The notes under the pieces were generated by a model, which was given only the letters and a program-made list of their open reading frames with translations, was not told the origin of the DNA and did no database searches. A DNA stretch of 64,000 bases from a virus. The position numbers and the translations under genes are program-made. This document shows, piece after piece, positions 59,001-64,000 of the stretch (positions are counted from its first letter, which is position 1; the number at the start of each line of letters is the position of its first letter). The stretch lies in the IMG/VR virus record IMGVR_UViG_3300025840_000011; one strand, written 5' to 3'.

Positions 59001-59470
59001 ACAGTGATGGTATCAACCACCTGAAGACCGACGATCTTCCTGAAGGGTCAACCAATCTGTACTACACAGACACAAGGGCCCGTAACGCTCTGAACGTTGG
59101 TGGTGACTTAACTTACGATTCTGCAAGTGGACAATTAACATTCACTCAGAGAACAGACGCTCAAGTTCGTGGACTGATCAGCGCGGGTGGTGACCTAAGT
59201 TACAACTCTGGTACTGGTGTGATGAGTTTCACTGAACGTACCGATGCAGAAGTAAGAGGGTTGGTAAGTGCAGGTGGAGACTTATCCTATAACTCTGGGA
59301 CGGGTGTGTTCTCATTCAGTGAGACATACTCTACCGCAAACGAACTCTTGACTGCAATCAAAACTGTGGATGGTGCAACATCCGGCCTAGATGCAGACTT
59401 ACTTGATGGTCAACACGGTTCTTACTACAGGATCAACGTGTATAATTCTAGTGGAACTTTGTTGAACTAA
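56018..59470 (+). CDS. Long tail fibre protein
   Basis: SEGTNLYYT and GDLTYDS..G..FTERTDAEVR repeats; LDADLLDG motif. Confidence 0.75.
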   Translation: MAQSKARYLSSLLTTSGFVKDDRSQLAGSDGTIDVINLPTIPNSSLENSTTTINGTSISLGDSNSFTTDAFSEGNNNLYYTSVRTDSDAKNAISGGTGITYNASTGIIEVTATGVTAGTYGSATLVPVVTVDSQGQVTSITTATAATLDSFGYNPTNAKLTITASDTTTYEADVTLAPFSTADLQETTNLYYTQSRVDSAFDARLAQKNTGDISEGSNLYYTTNRFDSDFSDKSTTNLSEGTNLYYTDARFDSAFGTKTTTNVAEGTNLYYTDTRFDTRLATKTTSDISEGTNLYYTNGRFDSDFGLKTTNSLSEGNTNLYFTDTRARNAIGAQQNGGDGTFSYDSASGRFTFIGPSATEVRAHLVQGTGLTYDSASGVYSITASGVTSGTYGGDSSVVQLSINAQGQIDSAKAITLNTSNMTEGTNLFYTDTRARNALNVGGDLTYDSSTGQLTFTERTDAEVRNLLSVSGDLTYDSATGQFSFTERTDAEVRGLISASGGVNYNSSTGNISIDSSETRALFSGGTGVTITNGSVAIGQAVATTSDVTFAKITGDSASIGQINFKTNWADSHIGFAEGAMWYDPHHKNLNFYTDVDVAIELGQQVMERVYNDTGSTISKGKPLYYSGNRTADDGRECPTVALANATDDSKYNVQGLAAEDIADGTYGMICVAGVLNDFDTSHLTAGQNFFAGLTDGATQNASPTYPNYPMCLGWVIESSVTNGKVIINQQNHSVNSFRVRTSAHIGDDLQVDGNLTVLGTQTIASSENVSIGAAFNYLNAGDTIGETNTAFTGSGLDDAYFAGHFSGTASTNFYVKIGTTGTPDQFEWGYDSASPQATGINITGGDQLLDAGISINFGATTGHTTGDKWTGTAAPTDVDTGFFSNRNTGGTGVGYTHVGMFYDVSASRWRLVDEYYPEPSGSIDITDSSFSAGILVVDTLEGNVTGNVTGTVSGNAGSATILQNSRNFSITGDVTASAVSFNGSGNVTLTATIDSDGINHLKTDDLPEGSTNLYYTDTRARNALNVGGDLTYDSASGQLTFTQRTDAQVRGLISAGGDLSYNSGTGVMSFTERTDAEVRGLVSAGGDLSYNSGTGVFSFSETYSTANELLTAIKTVDGATSGLDADLLDGQHGSYYRINVYNSSGTLLN
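56550..57005 (+). repeat. Six tandem ~25-codon repeats (TxxxSEGTNLYYTxxRFDSxF)
   Basis: Visible in the translation of 56018-59470. Confidence 0.8.
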
Positions 59471-59481
59471 AGGAATAACAA

Positions 59482-60243
59482 ATGGCGACACCAAATACTA
59501 GAGACGAGTTTATAGATTATTGTTTACGTGCACTTGGACATCCGGTCATCGAAATCAATATAGATGACGAACAACTGGATGACAGGGTTGATGAGTCTTT
59601 GCAATGGTTTCGGGAACATCATCCGGATGGGTCTCGCCGTTTCTACGTGTCTCATCAATTGTCACAGACGGACATCAATAATGGATATCTGGATCTGGGG
59701 AATACAGACATTAACACTGTGGTCCGTATGTTCCCTGTTAATACTGTGTCACAAACAACCAACTTCTTCGACATCAAATATCAGATGATGTTGAACGATA
59801 TCACCGATCTAAATAATTATGCCGGTGATATTGCGTACTACGAAATGTTGCAACAACACCTGTCTCTACTTGATATGAAACTAACGGGTATGCCCGAAGT
59901 GACATTTTCAAAACAAGAGAACCGACTCTACTTCTATATGAGTAGCGAGAAGGTGAGTGTGGGTGACTATGTTGTTATTGAGGTTTACGGTATTCGAACT
60001 CCGTCTTCTGGTAGTTCGGACTACTTGTCTCTGTGGAACCACAAGTTCCTAAAAGAATACACAACTGCAATCATCAAAAAACAGTGGGGACAGAATTTAT
60101 TGAAATTTGAAGGGATGCAACTTCCTGGCGGTGTCACCATATCTGGGCGACAAATCTACGAGGATGCACAAACTGACATCGAAAGAATCTTAACTAAGTT
60201 TAGGGAAGAGGAAGATGTTGGACCTATGTTCTTTATAGGATAA
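59482..60243 (+). CDS. gp13: Neck protein gp13
   Basis: YCLRALGHPVIEIN, KKQWGQNL.KF.G.QLPGGVT. Confidence 0.9.
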   Translation: MATPNTRDEFIDYCLRALGHPVIEINIDDEQLDDRVDESLQWFREHHPDGSRRFYVSHQLSQTDINNGYLDLGNTDINTVVRMFPVNTVSQTTNFFDIKYQMMLNDITDLNNYAGDIAYYEMLQQHLSLLDMKLTGMPEVTFSKQENRLYFYMSSEKVSVGDYVVIEVYGIRTPSSGSSDYLSLWNHKFLKEYTTAIIKKQWGQNLLKFEGMQLPGGVTISGRQIYEDAQTDIERILTKFREEEDVGPMFFIG

Positions 60244-60247
60244 CAGT

Positions 60248-61993
60248 ATGCCAACCAACCCATATATCAGTCAGTCTGTAAAGAGTGAACAGAACTTATA
60301 CGAAGACTTGGTGATTGAGTCACTGAAGTTTTACGGACAAGACGTATACTACATTCCACGAGAGATCGTCAATAAAGATAAAGTCTTTCTTGATGACGTT
60401 CCGTCACGCTTCACTGATGCGTATAAGGTGGAGATGTATATTGAGAACGTGGAAGGATGGCAGGGTGAGGGTGACTTGTTTACGAAATTCGGTATTGAGT
60501 TGCGTGACCAAGCTACCTTTGTTGTTGCACGTAGACGTTGGAAGAAACTGATCGGTGACTATCTGACCGAAAATAACTTCCGTCCACGTGAGGGTGATGT
60601 AATCTACACACCATTGTCAGAGTCTATCTGGCAGATCACTAAGGTAGAAACCGAAACTCCTTTCTACCAACTCAGTCAACTACCTACGTTCAGACTTCAG
60701 TGCGAACTCTTCGAGTACAGTGACGAAGACTTTGACACGGGTATCGACGATATTGACATCATCGAATATGAGGGTGCATATCAGTATGCACTGACAATGC
60801 ATCCTAATGATACTACGGGTAGTATCGCCACCGCAACCGTTGATGGATTGGATTTCAACGGAGGTATTACAGGACTTACAGTTACTCACGCCGGTGCGGG
60901 ATATGATAGTGCGGGTGCGGTTGTTGCAACATTCTCTGGTTTCGACTCGGCCGGTAACACCGCTAAGTTCGGTGAAAACTCTATCAACATGTCCCTCTCT
61001 AGAGGTATTGAAGGTAACGATCTTAAACTCATCGACAGTAGTGGTTTTGTCGAATACTTCCTGAGACTCAATGCATATCCGACTTCGGGTCAAGGTGCCA
61101 TGTTCACCATTGGTGGTGGACAAGACGGAGGTACTAAACAGTATATCTTTGGTGTCGGTTCAGGCGGAGGTATTGTATACTCTCGTGCAGACAATGAGGG
61201 AGACTCTGCACAAATTGTTGGTGGTGTCACTCTCAGTTTGGGATCTTGGAACCACATAGGTATCGGTCAAGACAGCGATACCATGTACATGTTCATAAAC
61301 GGAAGTAGAGTCACACCAAACGTTACCCTTCCAAATACTGCGGACTTTATCAGTGGTACGTATTCGTTTGGTGCGGTTGCCGCCCGTGATCTGGATGGTA
61401 TATCTTATGGTGGTCTCTCCGGTCACATCGATGAGATCAAGGTTTCTGCGGGTACAGAAAATCAGATTCTCGCAAGTCGTTATTCCGGAGACTCCGACAC
61501 AATCACTGTTCCTACTGTAGAACATGATAGTGACTCAAGAACATCTCTACTTGAACACGCTAACGGAACTCTACCTACGGTTACTGCGGTGTTGAACTCT
61601 TCGGGTGGAATTGGATCTTTAACAGTAGACACTGCTGGTTTCAACTACAACGGTACACCTACTGTATCTTTCAATACACCTGTAAACGGAGGAAACTTCG
61701 CTACGGGACAGATCGTTACTCAGGTATTCCCTACATACACAATGAAGGGCGAGGTAACAGACTGGTCAGATTCAGATCGTGTACTGCAACTCGCACACGT
61801 AGGTGCGACAGACGGGAAGTTCCACGAGTTCAATACAACACGCATGGTTACTAGTGGTTCGGTGCAACACGTTCCTTCATTGGTGACTGAGTTACAGGAG
61901 ATTCAGAATACCGCACAGAATAAGATATTCGATGACTTTGAGGGCGACTTCTTAGACTTCTCAGAAAGTAACCCGTTTGGAGATATGAGTTAA
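60248..61993 (+). CDS. gp14: Neck protein gp14 with inserted LamG-like domain
   Basis: EQNLYEDLVIES..YGQDVYYIPR, RPREGD, DFSESNPFG. Confidence 0.85.
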   Translation: MPTNPYISQSVKSEQNLYEDLVIESLKFYGQDVYYIPREIVNKDKVFLDDVPSRFTDAYKVEMYIENVEGWQGEGDLFTKFGIELRDQATFVVARRRWKKLIGDYLTENNFRPREGDVIYTPLSESIWQITKVETETPFYQLSQLPTFRLQCELFEYSDEDFDTGIDDIDIIEYEGAYQYALTMHPNDTTGSIATATVDGLDFNGGITGLTVTHAGAGYDSAGAVVATFSGFDSAGNTAKFGENSINMSLSRGIEGNDLKLIDSSGFVEYFLRLNAYPTSGQGAMFTIGGGQDGGTKQYIFGVGSGGGIVYSRADNEGDSAQIVGGVTLSLGSWNHIGIGQDSDTMYMFINGSRVTPNVTLPNTADFISGTYSFGAVAARDLDGISYGGLSGHIDEIKVSAGTENQILASRYSGDSDTITVPTVEHDSDSRTSLLEHANGTLPTVTAVLNSSGGIGSLTVDTAGFNYNGTPTVSFNTPVNGGNFATGQIVTQVFPTYTMKGEVTDWSDSDRVLQLAHVGATDGKFHEFNTTRMVTSGSVQHVPSLVTELQEIQNTAQNKIFDDFEGDFLDFSESNPFGDMS

Positions 61994-62766
61994 TGTTTGG
62001 TACTTGGTTTTACAACAAGAGAGTGAGGACTGCGGTATCCGTATTCGGATCGTTGTTCAATAACCTTTATGTCCTAAGACAGAACGCAAGTGGACAGACT
62101 ATATCTACCGCTAAGGTTCCTCTGTCCTATGCACCCCGAAGAGACTTTATCGAAAGACTTGAAGCCATGCAGAGAGGTGAAGAGGCAGAACGTAGAGTTG
62201 CAGTCAAACTACCTAGAATGTCTTTCGAGATCACCAACATGCGGTATGACTCACTCAGACAGTTACCCAAGGTAAACTCTTTCTACGAAAACGTAGCGGG
62301 AGATGATTACAAACGTAAACGGGTGTACACATCTGTACCCTACGACATCGACTTCCAACTCAGTGTGTTTGCAAAGACACAAGATGATGCACTACAGATT
62401 GTAGAACAAATCATTCCATACTTCAACCCACAGTATTCAATTACTGTAAAACCCTTTGCGGATGAGATGAATATTAAAGAGGACGTGCCAATCGTCCTCA
62501 CAGGAATAACCTTTCAAGATACCTACGATGGACCTTTAGAGACAAGAAGGACAATCGTTTATGATCTAACCTTCACCATGAAACTGTCTTTCTATGGACC
62601 GGAGAAAACTCAGAGTATTATTAGAGAGGTTAATAACAATCTGTATCTCATGGGTGCAGACAGTGACACCTTTATTCATAACATAAATATTACACCGGAT
62701 CCAATTGATGTGAGTCCGGATAGTGACTATGGTTTTAATGTACAGTATTTGGATAGCGCCGGATGA
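61993..62766 (+). CDS. gp15: Tail sheath stabilizer/terminator gp15
   Basis: FGSLFNN, VPLSYAP, LPRMSFE, QIVEQIIPYFNP. Confidence 0.9.
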   Translation: MFGTWFYNKRVRTAVSVFGSLFNNLYVLRQNASGQTISTAKVPLSYAPRRDFIERLEAMQRGEEAERRVAVKLPRMSFEITNMRYDSLRQLPKVNSFYENVAGDDYKRKRVYTSVPYDIDFQLSVFAKTQDDALQIVEQIIPYFNPQYSITVKPFADEMNIKEDVPIVLTGITFQDTYDGPLETRRTIVYDLTFTMKLSFYGPEKTQSIIREVNNNLYLMGADSDTFIHNINITPDPIDVSPDSDYGFNVQYLDSAG

Positions 62767-63110
62767 GTGAAGACAACAAGAATATAAAGACAGACTACGA
62801 GTATTCTAGGGAGACGTATTACGACATCCTTGAGAAGGGACGTGAGTCTATGGATCTGATGATTGAGGTCGCTCGACAGAGTGAACACCCTCGTGCGTTT
62901 GAAGTCCTGTCCACCATGATGAAGAACATGGCAGACATCAACGACAAGTTGATGGAACTGAACAAGAAGAAAAAGGACGTAGAGAAAGAGGAACCCAAAC
63001 AAGTCGGTACTACAAACAACAATCTCTTTATCGGGTCTACGACTGAACTCCAAAGATTTCTACAGAATGAACAAAAGGTGATTGATGCAGAGCCCATACG
63101 AGAAGAATAA
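62763..63110 (+). CDS. gp16: Terminase small subunit gp16
   Basis: DYEYSR, SEHPRAFEV, NNLFIGSTTELQ. Confidence 0.9.
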   Translation: MSEDNKNIKTDYEYSRETYYDILEKGRESMDLMIEVARQSEHPRAFEVLSTMMKNMADINDKLMELNKKKKDVEKEEPKQVGTTNNNLFIGSTTELQRFLQNEQKVIDAEPIREE

Positions 63111-64000
63111 TTACCTTGGTAATCCTAACGTTAAAAAGGATGGGGTTAACGAGGAATGGGATTCTCACAAGGTTTCGGAATATCAGAAATGTATGCAAAA
63201 TCCCGCATACTTTGCGAAGACCTATGTCAAGATTATATCACTTGATAAGGGACTTGTCAACTTCGACTTGTATCCATACCAAGAGAAAATGTTCCGACAC
63301 TTCAACGAGAACAGATTTTCTATTGTACTCGCTTGTAGACAGTCCGGCAAATCTATTTCGTCTGTGGTCTACCTTCTATGGTATGCAATCTTTCATCCCG
63401 AAAAGACTATTGCAATTCTTGCAAACAAGGGTTCAACTGCAAGGGAGATGTTAGCGCGTGTTACACTCGCCCTTGAAAATTTACCTTTCTTTCTCCAACC
63501 GGGCTGCAAAGCACTCAACAAAGGTAGCATCGAATTTTCCAACAATAGTCGTATTATCGCTGCTGCTACCAGTGGCAGTTCTATCCGTGGTATGTCTGTT
63601 AACCTTCTATTTCTTGATGAGTTTGCTTTCGTTGAACGGGCTTCTGAATTCTATACTTCTACCTACCCTGTCATCTCTTCTGGAAAGGACACAAAGGTTG
63701 TCATCACATCTACTGCAAACGGTATCGGAAACACTTTCCACAAGATATGGGAAGGGGCGGTACAAAAAGTTAATGAGTATCAGGCATTCACAGTAAACTG
63801 GTGGGATGTGCCAGGCCGTGATGAGGAGTGGAAGAAACAGACTATATCAAATACATCTCAACTCCAGTTTGATCAGGAGTTCGGGAACACATTTTTCGGG
63901 ACGGGTGATACTTTAATCAATGCAGAGACTCTGCTTGACTTTCGATCAAAACCGCCAATTGAAGTTCTCGAAGGTGGGAACTTCTTGGTATATCAGACCC
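63085..64000 (+). CDS. gp17: Terminase large subunit gp17 (runs off the window)
   Basis: Hand translation: YLGNPNVK...LYPYQ...CRQSGKS (Walker A)...LDEFAF (Walker B)...STANG; absent from the track because there is no stop. Confidence 0.92.
   Translation, partial: MQSPYEKNNYLGNPNVKKDGVNEEWDSHKVSEYQKCMQNPAYFAKTYVKIISLDKGLVNFDLYPYQEKMFRHFNENRFSIVLACRQSGKSISSVVYLLWYAIFHPEKTIAILANKGSTAREMLARVTLALENLPFFLQPGCKALNKGSIEFSNNSRIIAAATSGSSIRGMSVNLLFLDEFAFVERASEFYTSTYPVISSGKDTKVVITSTANGIGNTFHKIWEGAVQKVNEYQAFTVNWWDVPGRDEEWKKQTISNTSQLQFDQEFGNTFFGTGDTLINAETLLDFRSKPPIEVLEGGNFLVYQT

Noticed and set aside
63116-63796. ORF-track entries 63116-63454 and 63458-63796
   Set aside because: Off-frame to gp17, which runs open from 63085 to the window end
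1-64000. tRNA genes, introns/inteins, homing endonucleases, alternative genetic code
   Set aside because: None recognised by eye; core genes are uninterrupted and end at TAA, TAG or TGA in expected places. tRNAscan-SE and Infernal were not run

Overview
64 kb of a T4-like (myovirus) phage genome, probably aquatic, with a Gram-negative host (i-/o-spanin pair). In order: a glycosyltransferase/sulfotransferase cluster, spanins and a nuclease (1-7.5 kb); small genes behind sigma70-type early promoters (7.5-13 kb); gp33 and gp32; a minus-strand tail block (tape-measure-like, gp51/gp26, gp54, gp2, gp4); then the late structural module (gp48, gp53, hub, split gp5, gp25, gp6, gp7, gp9/10-like, gp8, VrlC-like, fibres, gp13-gp16, start of gp17). 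The standout is two paralogous fibre-region proteins (43662-46256, 46278-49784) whose tetrapeptide repeats are mirror-complementary. The N-arm read forwards matches the C-arm read backwards by a residue pairing rule (R:G, S:R, R:F, S:Y, Y:Y), over 71 consecutive units in the larger protein. This suggests giant self-pairing beta-hairpins, a protein analogue of an RNA stem-loop. They are followed by a separately promoted operon (unknown protein, glycosyltransferase, 2OG-Fe(II)-like oxygenase). Also notable: a T-TTT-TTA -1 slippery site joining gp26 to the gp51-like ORF just upstream of the tape-measure gene, an RBS-sequestering hairpin around a late promoter, and apparent enrichment of Asp-Ser motifs in virion proteins. 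Gene calls come from motif recognition and synteny by eye; no database searches were run.
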